Shown here: positions 20,194-30,441 of the stretch, piece after piece
Layout of the letters: the number at the start of each line of letters is the position of its first letter
Position numbering within the stretch: position 1 is the first letter of the stretch
Source: an uncultured Acidobacteriota bacterium
GTDB lineage: Bacteria > Acidobacteriota > Thermoanaerobaculia > UBA5066 > DATFVB01
Direction of reading: 5' to 3'
DNA: 64,000 nucleotides
Assembly: GCA_963813155.1 (NCBI GenBank)
Contig: CAWEYG010000002.1
Coordinates: 672,001-736,000, forward strand
Notes under the pieces: model-generated
Seen by the model: the letters and a program-made list of their open reading frames with translations, nothing else
The model's database searches: none
Told to the model about the DNA's origin: nothing
Program-made: the position numbers and the translations under genes

Positions 20194-21813
20194 ATGAGCG
20201 AGCGCGAGCCGATCTCCGAGGGGAGTCTCTGGCCCCGGTCCCCGGGAGACGCGGCGAGGACGATCGCGGTGGCGGCCGTCTACTTCGCCGCCGGAAGACT
20301 GGGCCTGCATCTGGCCGTCGTCCATCCGAGCGCAACCGCCGTCTGGGCGCCGACCGGAATCGCGCTCGCCGCGTTTCTCGTGTTCGGATTCCGAACGTGG
20401 CCGGGTGTCTACGTCGGAGCGTTCCTCGTCAACGTCGTCACGGCCGGGACCGTCGCCACTTCGATCGGCATCGCAACGGGAAACACTCTCGAGGCGCTCG
20501 TCGGCGCCGCGCTCATCCGCCGATTCGCGGGAGGCCGTGACGCTTTCGACCGGGCGATCGACGTCCTGGGGTTCATGCTCCTCGGTGGCCTCGTCGCGAC
20601 GACGCTCTCTCCGACGCTGGGAGTGACGAGCCTCGCGGCCGGAGGTTTCGCCCGCTGGAGCGAGTTCGGCAGCATCTGGAGCACCTGGTGGCTCGGGGAC
20701 GCTTCGGGAGCCCTCGTCGTGGCGCCCGCGTTGATTCTCTGGGCGAACGGCGGCCGGTTCCGCGGGAGTCGGGCGAAGTTCCTGGAAGCGGCGTGCCTCC
20801 TCTTGTCGCTCGTCCTCGTGGGGTTCCTCCTGTTCAGCAGCCGGTCCGGCTTCGCCGCGCGGCACATTCCTCTCCAGTTTCTCTGCATTCCGATTCTTCT
20901 GTGGTCGGCGTTCCGGTTCGGCTCGCGGGAGACGGCGACGGTGCTGCTGCTGCTTTCCGGGGTCGCCGTCTGGGGGACGGCCCGGGGCTTCGGGCCCTTC
21001 GCTTCCCTGGATCCCGCCCAGTCCCTTCTCATTCTCCAGGCCTTCATGGCCGTGATTTCCGTCACGATGCTCTCCGTCGCGGCGCTCGTCGCCGAGCGAG
21101 GGCGGGCCTCGCAGGCGCGCGACGACATCCTCTCGATCGCGGGGCACGAGTTGAGGACCCCTCTCTCGACCCTGACGCTGCAGGTCGAAAACCTGTCGCG
21201 CGGTTTCCGTCAGGGCGCTTCTTCGGAGACTCTCGAGGCGAGGATGGAATCGGTTCGACGCTCCGGCCGCCGCCTGTCGGCCCTCGTCGACGAGATGCTC
21301 AACGTCAGCCGGGTGACCTCCGGCGTGATGCCCCTGAGAATGGAACGGGTCGAGCTGTCCGCCTTTGCGAAGGAGGCGACGACCCATTTCCTCGAGGACC
21401 TCGCGTCGGCCGAATGCCGGGCCTCGGTTTTCGCGGACGATCCCGTCTGGTGCCGCACGGACCCCGAGCGCCTCGGCTACGTTTTCAACAACCTGCTCGC
21501 CAACGCGATCAAGTACGGGCAGTCGAAGCCGATCGAGATCACGGTCTCCGCGAGCGAAGGGATCGCGCGGCTCTCCGTGAGGGATCACGGCCTCGGAATC
21601 CCGCTCAAGGACCAGAAACGGATCTTCGAGCGGTTCGAGCGAGCCGTGTCCACATCGCACGTCAGCGGATTCGGCCTGGGACTCTGGATCGCCCGGCAGA
21701 CCGTCGAGGCGCTCGGGGGAAGGATCCGCGTCGAAAGCGAGCTCGGCGAGGGCTCGACGTTTTCCGTCGACCTGCCGATCGAGGAGGCGGCCGCCTCCGG
21801 CGCTTCAGTTTGA
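20194..21813 (+). CDS. MASE1-domain membrane sensor histidine kinase
   Basis: MASE1 signature (VWAPTGIALA, GNTLEAL, TWWLGDASG), H-box AGHELRTPL, NLLANAIKY, DHGLG, GFGLGL. Confidence 0.9.
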   Translation: MSEREPISEGSLWPRSPGDAARTIAVAAVYFAAGRLGLHLAVVHPSATAVWAPTGIALAAFLVFGFRTWPGVYVGAFLVNVVTAGTVATSIGIATGNTLEALVGAALIRRFAGGRDAFDRAIDVLGFMLLGGLVATTLSPTLGVTSLAAGGFARWSEFGSIWSTWWLGDASGALVVAPALILWANGGRFRGSRAKFLEAACLLLSLVLVGFLLFSSRSGFAARHIPLQFLCIPILLWSAFRFGSRETATVLLLLSGVAVWGTARGFGPFASLDPAQSLLILQAFMAVISVTMLSVAALVAERGRASQARDDILSIAGHELRTPLSTLTLQVENLSRGFRQGASSETLEARMESVRRSGRRLSALVDEMLNVSRVTSGVMPLRMERVELSAFAKEATTHFLEDLASAECRASVFADDPVWCRTDPERLGYVFNNLLANAIKYGQSKPIEITVSASEGIARLSVRDHGLGIPLKDQKRIFERFERAVSTSHVSGFGLGLWIARQTVEALGGRIRVESELGEGSTFSVDLPIEEAAASGASV

Positions 21814-24252
21814 ACGGATCTGGTCGAGGGCCGAAAGGCGCCGCGTCGGAGGATAGGGCGCCGACGGGCCTTTGAAGGCCTGCCAGAGCACCTCGTTGAA
21901 CAGCTCCTCGTCGGCAGCGTCGGGCTCGTCGAGATCGAGCTTCATCGATTCCCGGGCGATTTTCCCCGACGAAGGGTTCTTCTCCGTGAGCGACTGCGCG
22001 GGCGTGATCGCGGAATACGGACGGACGTCCGGCTCGCCGGCGAAGACCCCGTCGAGCGGCGTCCCGAAGTGGTCGAATTGCGACAGCGAGGGGAGCCGGA
22101 GAATCCCTTCGATCGTCGCGAGGACGTCGGTCGTGTTCACGAACCGGTGAATCCTCCCCGGCCGGTTGTACGGCGAGATCATCAGGAACGGCGCGCGGTG
22201 GGAGTCGACGTGATCCGGTCCGTTCTGCGCATCGTCCTCGACGACAAAGACCACCGTGCTCTTCCAGAACGGAGTCTTCGAGAGCGCCTCGACGATGCGG
22301 CCGAGCGCGAGATCGTTGTCCGCGAAGTACGCGCGCGGCGTCTCCAGTCCGGGGCGGCCGCCCGCGGTGTGGTCAGCGGGCAGGTGGAGAAGCTCGAGGG
22401 CCGGCATGGCCCCTTTTCGAACGAACTCGCCGAGCTCCCCGATCCACGCATCGGCGCGGCGCTGGTCCGGAATCGTCAGGTCGAAGGAGGGATAGTCGGG
22501 GCTCACGTACGGCGCGAGACCCTTCAGCTTCGATCCGTAGCGGATGACTCCCTGTGGCCGGCTGATCTCCCCGGCGTATTCGCCGTAATCGCGAAAGCTG
22601 ATTCCCAGGCGCGTCGCGAGGTCCCACAGGTACCCGCTCGCGGGCTCGTCCGGCTCCTCTTCAAGCTCCGGGCGCTTGTCCGCGTAGACCGAATGCACGG
22701 TTTTTTCCGTGTAGTCCGTGACGTACGCCGAAGTCGACCAGGGGTGCCCCTGGGAGCTCACTTCCGCGTTACAGAGAAAACGGTCGAAGAGGCCGAAACG
22801 CCGGGCGAGCGCCCGGTGGTTCGGACCCTCGGTCTCGCGAAAATAGAGAAGCGCCGGATCGCCGTCGCCCTCGGGAAGGTCGCCGAAGACCTGGTCGTAG
22901 GTCCGGTTCTCCTTGATGATGTAGACGACGTGCTCGAACTTCGGAACGGCCGCGCGCCGATCGGGCCTGGGCTCCCAGTGGTTCCATCGCGCGACCTTCT
23001 TCGAGAGATCCGAAAGGGCCGCCGCGCCCGGGTCCGGAGCGATGCTCGTCACCGTCCCGTTCAGCTGGCCCAGGGTGTACGCGAGAGGAGGGGCGCGCTC
23101 CGGAAGCCGCGCTCCCCCCGGGTTGGGAGCGCTGCCGCGCCCCTTTCCGTTCAGAACGAGAATCCGGCCCCGGTCGGGAAGGAGCGCGACCGGATACCAC
23201 TCCGCGGGGAACCGTCCCGCGAGACGATCCTCCCCGCCTCCCGAGGGAACGCCCGACGTCGCGGCCGAGAGATCGAAAGCCGCGATCGCGTTGTCGTCCG
23301 CTTCCGCGACGAAGAGCCGGGTCCCGTCCGGCGAGAGAGCGAGAGCGTTCGGCGTGCTTCCTTCCTGCGGCCCGGAGGGCGGAGGATCGGCGAGGGTGGT
23401 CCGAAGGCGGCCCTCGGGCAGGTCGACGACCGCGATGCGATCCACGCTCGCGAGGCAGGCAAACAGTCTCGTCCCCGCCGCGTTGAGAAGAAGCGAAGAG
23501 GGATGGCGGCCGACGGCGATCGCGGCCGCCGGCGCGAGGGCGAGCCCTTCGCCGCGCGAGAAGACGGAGACCGTCTCGCCGCCCCAGGCGGAAACGTACA
23601 CCGCGCCGGCCGGAGACACCGCGACAGCGTACGGAAAATGACCGGTCGGCAGGCGCTGAAGGACCTTTCCCGTCTCCGCCTCGACGACCGCGAGATCGTT
23701 CGCCAGATTCTCCGCGACGTAGATCGCCCGGCCGTCGCGGGAGATCGACAAGCCGGCGGGGTACCGGGGCGTCTTTTCTGCCGCGGTCTTTTCCCCGGGA
23801 GCGCCGGCGGCCAGGGAAATCCGGTCGATCAACGAAGCCTCGCCGCCTTTCCAGGCATACCGATACACGACGTCCTCGTTTCCGCCCGAAGCGAAGAGCC
23901 GGGTTCCGTCCGGCGAGAAAGCCAGGCCCAGGAATGCGCCCTCCTGCGGGAGCGTCTGCACGACTCGCCGGGTCGCCAGATCGACGATCTGAAGTCCCTG
24001 TTCGCGCCACCCGCTCAGAAGGACCGCGATGCGGCCGGCGTCCGGGGTTGCCGCCATGGCCAGGGGCATGTTTCCGACTCCGATCGACGGCCCGGTCTCT
24101 TCGACCGACCCGATCGACCTCCCGGTCGGGAGCGGAAGCGGTTCGCCGGGCGCCGGCCCGCTCGAAGAAACGGGAGGAGATCCGGGCGCGCACGCGAACG
24201 ACGCGAGCATCGCCAGGACCGAACAAGAGGCCGAAAAAGTTGGGAACTTCAT
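21805..24252 (-). CDS. YncE/YVTN beta-propeller fused to a phosphoesterase (alkaline phosphatase-like) domain; probable lipoprotein
   Basis: Lipobox-like SFAC; repeated LAFSPDG blades; HVVYIIKENRTYDQVFGD, DNDLALG, VEDDAQNGPDHVDSHR. Confidence 0.88.
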   Translation of the reverse strand: MKFPTFSASCSVLAMLASFACAPGSPPVSSSGPAPGEPLPLPTGRSIGSVEETGPSIGVGNMPLAMAATPDAGRIAVLLSGWREQGLQIVDLATRRVVQTLPQEGAFLGLAFSPDGTRLFASGGNEDVVYRYAWKGGEASLIDRISLAAGAPGEKTAAEKTPRYPAGLSISRDGRAIYVAENLANDLAVVEAETGKVLQRLPTGHFPYAVAVSPAGAVYVSAWGGETVSVFSRGEGLALAPAAAIAVGRHPSSLLLNAAGTRLFACLASVDRIAVVDLPEGRLRTTLADPPPSGPQEGSTPNALALSPDGTRLFVAEADDNAIAAFDLSAATSGVPSGGGEDRLAGRFPAEWYPVALLPDRGRILVLNGKGRGSAPNPGGARLPERAPPLAYTLGQLNGTVTSIAPDPGAAALSDLSKKVARWNHWEPRPDRRAAVPKFEHVVYIIKENRTYDQVFGDLPEGDGDPALLYFRETEGPNHRALARRFGLFDRFLCNAEVSSQGHPWSTSAYVTDYTEKTVHSVYADKRPELEEEPDEPASGYLWDLATRLGISFRDYGEYAGEISRPQGVIRYGSKLKGLAPYVSPDYPSFDLTIPDQRRADAWIGELGEFVRKGAMPALELLHLPADHTAGGRPGLETPRAYFADNDLALGRIVEALSKTPFWKSTVVFVVEDDAQNGPDHVDSHRAPFLMISPYNRPGRIHRFVNTTDVLATIEGILRLPSLSQFDHFGTPLDGVFAGEPDVRPYSAITPAQSLTEKNPSSGKIARESMKLDLDEPDAADEELFNEVLWQAFKGPSAPYPPTRRLSALDQIRSN

Positions 24253-24310
24253 TCCACTCCCCCGAAGAGTCTAACGCGTCGACGCGTTCGGACGCCGGGG
24301 TTTGAGTCGG

Positions 24311-24348
24311 AAAAGCCCGAAACGGGCCCGGCCGGATTCGGCCGGGCC
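24311..24348 (-). terminator. Hairpin(s), possible intrinsic terminator
   Basis: GGCCCGGCCG-GATT-CGGCCGGGCC (24325-24348) overlapping GCCCG-AAA-CGGGC (24315-24327), followed by TTTT on the minus strand. Confidence 0.5.
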
Positions 24349-24364
24349 TTCCGAAACGGTGTTC

Positions 24365-24892
24365 CTAGGGGCAGGTGGGAGCGATTCCCGTGTCGACGTC
24401 GGGACACGTCGCCACCGTGGGATCGATCGGATTCTGATCCGCCGAAGTGAAAGGATTGTTCTGCCGTCCGCCCCGCTTCTGCGGAGGGTTCAGGCCCTTG
24501 ACCTTCACGTTCAGGCTGCACGCCGGGATGGCTCCGCTGCCGAAATCGTTGTCGAACGAGTCAGCCGGGATTTCGAGAGAAGCTCCGTCGGTGCCGAAGT
24601 CGAAGTCGAGCGACGCGTCGCCGCACGCCGTGCCGAGATTGTAGAGAGCTTCGACCTCCACCGAATACTTCGTGGCTCCGGCAACGGCGCACCACGCGAT
24701 ATTCAGATTTCCATTCGCGTCGACGCACGCCGTCACGTCGGCCGGAGCGGGAAGATTGGAGTGCGTGGCCGCGTTTGCGGACGCCGTGGAGATGCCGGGA
24801 ATGCTTCGGCGCGATCCCGCCGAAGCCGGAATCGCGGCGAGCAGAAGAGCAGAACACCCGGCAAGAGAGAAAATTCTCAGACTCCTGGACAT
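24365..24892 (-). CDS. Secreted Cys-containing hypothetical protein, FN3-like
   Basis: GGAGG RBS; signal peptide MSRSLRIFSLAGCSALLLAAIPASA; PAPADVTA..LNIAW.AV.GATKYSVEV..VKVKG pattern; six Cys in the mature part. Confidence 0.65.
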   Translation of the reverse strand: MSRSLRIFSLAGCSALLLAAIPASAGSRRSIPGISTASANAATHSNLPAPADVTACVDANGNLNIAWCAVAGATKYSVEVEALYNLGTACGDASLDFDFGTDGASLEIPADSFDNDFGSGAIPACSLNVKVKGLNPPQKRGGRQNNPFTSADQNPIDPTVATCPDVDTGIAPTCP

Positions 24893-25139
24893 GAAAACCT
24901 CCATTGTGTGTAACGGTGAAGGCCTCGCGGCCCGGTTCGAAATACGAATTCTGGCTGAAGTCCTTCAACGAGAATTCTTATCTCGAGACAACTCGTGAAT
25001 TCTTGAATTCCTGTTCCTTCGCTTCACCCCCCTTCGAGAATTCCGGACCCCCGTGTCCGTTCGGTCGGGAAGCTAACACCCGGGGCGCCGCAGAGCAAGT
25101 CGCGCATGCCGCCGCCCTTCCGCCGCGCGCGCGAGGGGA

Positions 25140-25991
25140 TCAAAATCGGACCCGGAGAAAGAGCCCGCGCCCCGTCGGGGCGAGATCGAATGTGGCCTCG
25201 CGTCCGTTCGCGTCCTCGGCGAGATGGCGGTGAACGAGCCATCGCCCGGTCACGGTGCCGAGAATCGCGCCCGCGAAGACATCGCTCGCGAAATGCGCCC
25301 GCGAGTTCACCCTGTCCATCGCGACGATCGTCGCCGCCGTGTACGCGAGACCGGGGATCACCCAGCCGCTCGACCTCGCCGCCACGACGGAAGCGACGGC
25401 AAACGCCACGGTCGCGTGCCCCGAAGCGAATGAACCGTTGCTCGAGCCCGGCTCGAAGGTCGTCTGGCCGTTGGAAGAGTTCGGCCGGACGCGCCCGGCC
25501 GCGCGTTTGACGACATTGTCGAGGATGCCGGCCAGAACGGCAGCCTCCAGGGCGTCCCGACCCGTGTCGAGAGTCTCGGGACTTCGAAATGCGAGGCCGC
25601 CGACGATCAACGCCGCCGACACCCCGAATCCTCCCTCGGCCCCGAGGAATGTCGTCGAGCTCGACACGGAATTCAGAAACGGAGAGCGCGTCTCCTGAGC
25701 CTGGTGATCGATCGACCGATCCGCGAGGAAGAGGCCGCCGAGGATGACTCCGAACCCCGCGGCTTTCTCCCAGTCTCCCAACTTCCAGGAAAAGGGGGCG
25801 CTCACGAGCCCGAGGGAGTCGAGGCCGTATCGCTTTGCCTCGTTCCCCAACGCCGGCAAGACCCCGCCGCCGCCGGCCGTCTCCTCGAAAACGGCGGGCG
25901 CAACGACGGAAGGATCGGACGACTGGGCGGCGGCCGGCAACGCTCGAACCGAAAACAGGAGGGCGCAACCGAGAACCGGCAGACTTCTCAC
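25140..25991 (-). CDS. PAP2-family phosphatase
   Basis: KRAAGRVRP (KxxxxxxRP), SFASGH, DRVNSRAHFASDV. Confidence 0.9.
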   Translation of the reverse strand: MRSLPVLGCALLFSVRALPAAAQSSDPSVVAPAVFEETAGGGGVLPALGNEAKRYGLDSLGLVSAPFSWKLGDWEKAAGFGVILGGLFLADRSIDHQAQETRSPFLNSVSSSTTFLGAEGGFGVSAALIVGGLAFRSPETLDTGRDALEAAVLAGILDNVVKRAAGRVRPNSSNGQTTFEPGSSNGSFASGHATVAFAVASVVAARSSGWVIPGLAYTAATIVAMDRVNSRAHFASDVFAGAILGTVTGRWLVHRHLAEDANGREATFDLAPTGRGLFLRVRF

Positions 25992-26085
25992 GCGGAAACG
26001 TTCTCGGCGCCGGCCGCGGCGGTCGTTGGCATCGTCCGGAAGGTACTTCGCCGAACTTAAACGGTCGATGTACGGTTCACGCGGC

Positions 26086-26961
26086 TCACGGTCCGCTCGT
26101 TCCGACGCGCCGGCGGTAAGTCAACGCGAGCCGCCAGCCGTTCAAGGCGTTCCGACCGCCAAAGTCGTGCTTCACTTCGGCGACGATCTGATCGCGCCGA
26201 CGGCTCCCCCAACCGAGATGGAGCTCGATGCCCGCTCGACCTTCCGTCGAGCGCCGGTTGTGAAAGATCGTCCCGTTCTCGCGGGCGTCGGTCGCGACGA
26301 CATATCCGGCCGTGGCCACGGCGTCGGCGTCCCAGCCCCGAAAACGGAGGACTGTCACCCGCGGCGCCAGCTCGGCGCTCGCGCGGAGATACGCCTTCTG
26401 AATCTCGAACGGTCTTCCATAGTCCCCTTCGAACCGCAACCCGAGCCCTGCCTGACCCGAATGCCCGGCAAAAATCGACCAGTCGGTTCGGAGGAACACC
26501 CTGTCCTGGCCGTCGGAGACGGGGAGCACCGAATTGTCCGGACGCCTCCGGATTTCGTACCCCAGACGAACGAGATTCGACCGCCCGGGAAGCGTGCCGG
26601 GGCTCCAGTCCACGAAGACTCCTCCCCCGACGAACCCGGAATCCCGGATCGGGGGTCCGTTCGAGCAGCAATACCTGTTCGCCGCGTACGACCCGACGAT
26701 TCCGAGAGCGAAGGAGGAGGAGAGACCGTAGGAGAGACTCGTTCGATTCCGAAAGAGACCCAGCGAGCTCGCGAGCTCGTTGCTGCGGCCGTTCGCGTCG
26801 TCATAGACCGGGTCGACAACCGCCTCGAACGCCGTTTCCAGAGTCGTTTCTCCGCGAACCGGCTGCGGAAGCCCGAGGAAGAACGAGGGAGGGGAATCGC
26901 CGAAGGCGGGCGCGACCGCGAGCATTGCAAAAGCCACGACCAGGGTGCGAATCGATCTCAC
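26086..26961 (-). CDS. Exported hypothetical protein, possible outer-membrane beta-barrel
   Basis: GTG 26961 overlaps upstream stop (GTGA); signal peptide; alternating amphipathic strands; GWRLALTY near the C-terminus. Confidence 0.55.
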   Translation of the reverse strand: MRSIRTLVVAFAMLAVAPAFGDSPPSFFLGLPQPVRGETTLETAFEAVVDPVYDDANGRSNELASSLGLFRNRTSLSYGLSSSFALGIVGSYAANRYCCSNGPPIRDSGFVGGGVFVDWSPGTLPGRSNLVRLGYEIRRRPDNSVLPVSDGQDRVFLRTDWSIFAGHSGQAGLGLRFEGDYGRPFEIQKAYLRASAELAPRVTVLRFRGWDADAVATAGYVVATDARENGTIFHNRRSTEGRAGIELHLGWGSRRRDQIVAEVKHDFGGRNALNGWRLALTYRRRVGTSGP

Positions 26962-28230
26962 CGCGCCGCGGCGGCACCGCCGGGAGTTCCAGCGGAAGAA
27001 CAATTCCCGTCCCCGTTAGCCGTTTTCGGCACCTCGACGAGTGTCGTCGAGTCGATGACGGAGCCGCCGACGTCGTGCGCTTCGAGAAGCAGCGAGCCAT
27101 TCTCGATGCGAACCGTGACATAGCCATGGACGGCCGCGAGAAATGCGGAGAAGCTCTCCGGGTCGAAATTCGAAACCGACGCCCCGCCTCCCCCTTCCAC
27201 GACGTAGACGACCGCCGTGTCCGGGGGGCCCCGTCAGGCAGATGGGATGGGTGCGTTCGTAGAGATGCTCGTGCCCCGAAAACACCAGGTCGACCCCGTA
27301 CCGCTCAAAAAGAGGAGAGAGCACGAGCTGCTCGACGACGTTTGAATTCTCGGAAGTGAACGGCGGTTCGAACACGGTGACGAACTTCCAGGTCGCGGTG
27401 CTCGCGGCCAGGCCCTGTTCCAGCCACCGGTACTGGACGGAATCTTCGCCGAACGCCGAGCTCTCCACATCGAGACAGAAAAACTCCGCGTCTCCCTGCC
27501 GAAAAGAATAGAACCGTGGGTCGGGAGTGAGGCCGTTCGGGGGCAGATCGAACGCTTCGAAGAAAGGAGCGCCGTTGGAGGTTCGAACGTCGTGATCGCC
27601 GAGAATCGGCATGATCGGAGCCGTTGCGAGCAGCGGCGCGAACGGAGCGAAGAAGCTCGGGTCGTAGTCCTCCCGCCGGCCGTCCGGATAGACGACGTCC
27701 CCGACGTGGAGAACGAGATCCACCTCTGCCTGGGAGAGCCGGTCGGCGATCGCCGCGGGCACGGCACCTCCCGTCGTGTCGCCGATTACGGCGAAGGAGA
27801 GGCTGTTGTCTGTCGGGCAGCGGGGAGCCCGAAACCGGAACGCCGGGGAAAGTGCGTTCCCGTCCCCGAAAATCTCATACTCATAAACAATTCCGGGCGC
27901 GAGGTCTGGCAAGACGACGCGATGGGTTTCCTGCGGCCCGGCTTCAACGGCGATCGTCCAGGAACGGAGCCCCCTGCTTTCCTCGGAAAGTCGTCCTCCG
28001 GCCAGAACCCTCCTCCTCGGCTGCCCCGCGGGAGCGTCCGGACGGTAGGCCACCGATCCCAGGTCTGGAAGAGAGGTCTTCCAGAGAACGGCAATGGAAG
28101 TGTCCGAAGGGCGCTGAAGGAAGGGTCCGCGAGCGAGGTTGGCGCCGGCCAGCGAAGACCCTGAAGCCAGCATTCCGAGAGCCAGGAGCAAGACGAAGTC
28201 TCCCCGCGCAGCGGACGGGATTTTTCGCAT
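26958..28230 (-). CDS. Purple-acid-phosphatase-like metallophosphoesterase, frameshift near 27225
   Basis: RGPFLQ FN3-like N-terminus, FAVIGDT, HVGDVVY, LGDHD, FSGHEHLYER; continues in ORF 26958..27200 (VEGGGGA..HGY). Confidence 0.87.
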
Positions 28231-28278
28231 GGCCTGACGGTACGACGCACCACCTAAACACGGGATGTACCGGCCGAA

Positions 28279-29674
28279 TCAGCCGGACGCGGGAATCGAG
28301 ACTCGTACCTCCGCGACGAACGTGCATCCGGCCGGGGAGGTTTCCGCGAGGCGCACGTCGCCGCCATGGAGCTGCGCAATCGACTTCGCGATGGCGAGGC
28401 CCAGCCCCGCTCCCCCGCCGGTCCCCGTCTCGCTTCCGCGATAGAAGCGCTCGAAAATCCTTTCCCGCTCTTTCTCGGGCACGCCCGGCCCCTCGTCGTG
28501 GACGAAGATCCTGTCCACACCACCCTCGACTGCCATCCGAACACTTACCCGACCGCCGGGCCGCGTGTACTTGACCGCGTTGTCGAGCAAGTTCAGGACG
28601 AGACGATGGAGCAGCTCCTCGTCGCCGTAGACGAGCCGCTCGCCGGAAGGCTCGACCTCGATCGCAATCCCACGCGAAGCGGCGAGGGTTCGCATCGCCC
28701 TCGCGCATCTCGCCACCGACTCGTCGAGATAGAAGCGCGCGGGCCGGACCGGATAGTTCCCGGCGTCGCCGCGCGAGAGCAGAAAGAGGTCCTCGACGAT
28801 CTGGCTCAGTTTTCGGGAGGTCTTCTGCACGACCTCGAGGGCCTCGCGATACTCTTCGACCGGCCGGTCGGTGCGGGCGAGGGTCACGTCCGCCTCTCCC
28901 TGGAGAATCGAAAGAGGCGTTCGGAGCTCGTGGGACGCCTCGGCCATGAAGCGCCGCTGCGAATCGAAAGCCGCCTCGAGACGCGCGAGCAGGCCGTTGA
29001 TGGTCTCCGCGAGAACCCCGAGCTCGTCGCGCGGATTCCGGACTTCGATTCGCTCCCCGAGATTGGAAGCCCCGATTTCCCTCGCCTTTCGACTCATGCG
29101 GAGCACGGGCGCAAGGCTTCCGCGGGCGAGAAGGTAGCCGCCGACGCCGGCCACGAGGAGGGCGACCGGAATTCCGAAAATCAGCGCGGCGGACGCATTT
29201 CGAAGCCGCTGCGCCTGGTTGCCCAGCCCCCGCGCAACGACCGCGACGAAGGGCTGCGAGACGACGGTAATCGGAATCGCGAGCGCCCGGACTCCCTCGT
29301 CCAGGCTTCCCTCTCTCACAGTGAAAAACCCGCGGCCGCCGCGCGTGACCCTTCTCGCGATCTCTTCCCTTTGCGCCGAGTCGAGTTCCCGGGAACGGGA
29401 CGAGGCGAAAATGCGGCCGTCGGGCCCGATCACGAGGAGCGCCCGGTCGCTGAACCGAAAATCGAGCGGCACGTCGCGGCCTTCTTCCTCCTCGAACGCG
29501 AGTTGTCGAAACGCGGAGGTCAGCTCGTGCGCGGTGTCCAAAAGCGAGGCGTCGGTCTCCGCGCGGATCGCGCGCGCGATTCGCGACATAGCTGACCACG
29601 CCGAACGTCACGAGGACGACCGCGAGGAGGCCGCAGTACCAGAGCGTCAGACGCGCTCGAACCGACTGGAACAT
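28279..29674 (-). CDS. HAMP sensor histidine kinase (CusS/CzcS-like), frameshift near 29590
   Basis: MFQSVRARLTLWY TM1, HAMP (DELGVLAETIN), ASHELRTPL, NLLDNAVKY, IFERFYR, GAGLGL. Confidence 0.9.
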
Positions 29675-29675
29675 T

Positions 29676-30353
29676 TCAGTTTGAATTTTCGTCGAGCATG
29701 TACCCGGATCCGCGGATCGTGTGGATCAGCTTCTTGTCCGACACTCTCTCGATGTTCCGGCGGAGCCGGTTGACGTACACCTCGATGAGGTTGGAGAACG
29801 GGTCGAATTCCTCGTTCCAGACGTGATCGGCGATTTCCGCCCGGCCGACCACGCGCCCCGCATTTCGAGCGAGATACTCGAGCAGAGCGTATTCCTTCGT
29901 CGTGAGCGCGATCGGCGAGGAGTCGATCCGGACGCGGTGCGAACGCGTGTCGATTTCGAGCCCGCCGACGGCGAGGACCGCCGCGTGGGTCGGCCCGCCC
30001 CGTCGCAGGAGCGCGCGAAGCCGGGCGAGAAGCTCGGCGAACTGAAACGGCTTCACCAGGTAGTCGTCGGCGCCGGCGTCGAGACCCTGGATCCGATCGG
30101 GGACCGTGTCGCGGGCCGTCAGCATCAGGATCGGTACGTTGACGTTTTCCGCGCGGAGGCGGCGGGCGACCTCCATGCCGTCCGGGGCAGGGATGATGAC
30201 GTCGAGGACGACCGCGTCGTAGTTGCCGACGCTGGCCTCGTAGAGCGCGGCTTCGCCCGTGGTCACGGTGTCCACGGCGTACGAATTCTCCGTGAGCCCT
30301 TTCCGGATGAAACGGGCGATTTGCGCGTCGTCCTCGACCAGAAGAATTCGCAT
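29676..30353 (-). CDS. OmpR-family response regulator (CusR/CzcR-like)
   Basis: MRILLVEDD, GLDAGADDYLVKPF, LTTKEYALLEYL, IEVYVNRLR, TIRGSGY. Confidence 0.94.
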   Translation of the reverse strand: MRILLVEDDAQIARFIRKGLTENSYAVDTVTTGEAALYEASVGNYDAVVLDVIIPAPDGMEVARRLRAENVNVPILMLTARDTVPDRIQGLDAGADDYLVKPFQFAELLARLRALLRRGGPTHAAVLAVGGLEIDTRSHRVRIDSSPIALTTKEYALLEYLARNAGRVVGRAEIADHVWNEEFDPFSNLIEVYVNRLRRNIERVSDKKLIHTIRGSGYMLDENSN

Positions 30354-30441
30354 CGCGCTGAGACTAAGCCGGCGAGATAAACGGAAGATGAATCACGCGA
30401 TCTCCCGATACACTTCCGCGTGACCGACAAGGGGGTCTCCC

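Noticed and set aside
13630-21660. Very long Arg/Pro-rich alternative-frame ORFs (13630..17412, 13788..17207, 18502..21660)
   Set aside because: Overlap real genes in other frames; composition typical of GC-rich off-frame translation.
25090-25112. Possible minus-strand sigma-54 box (GCAA...TGCC)
   Set aside because: GG-GC spacing is 12 rather than 10 nt.
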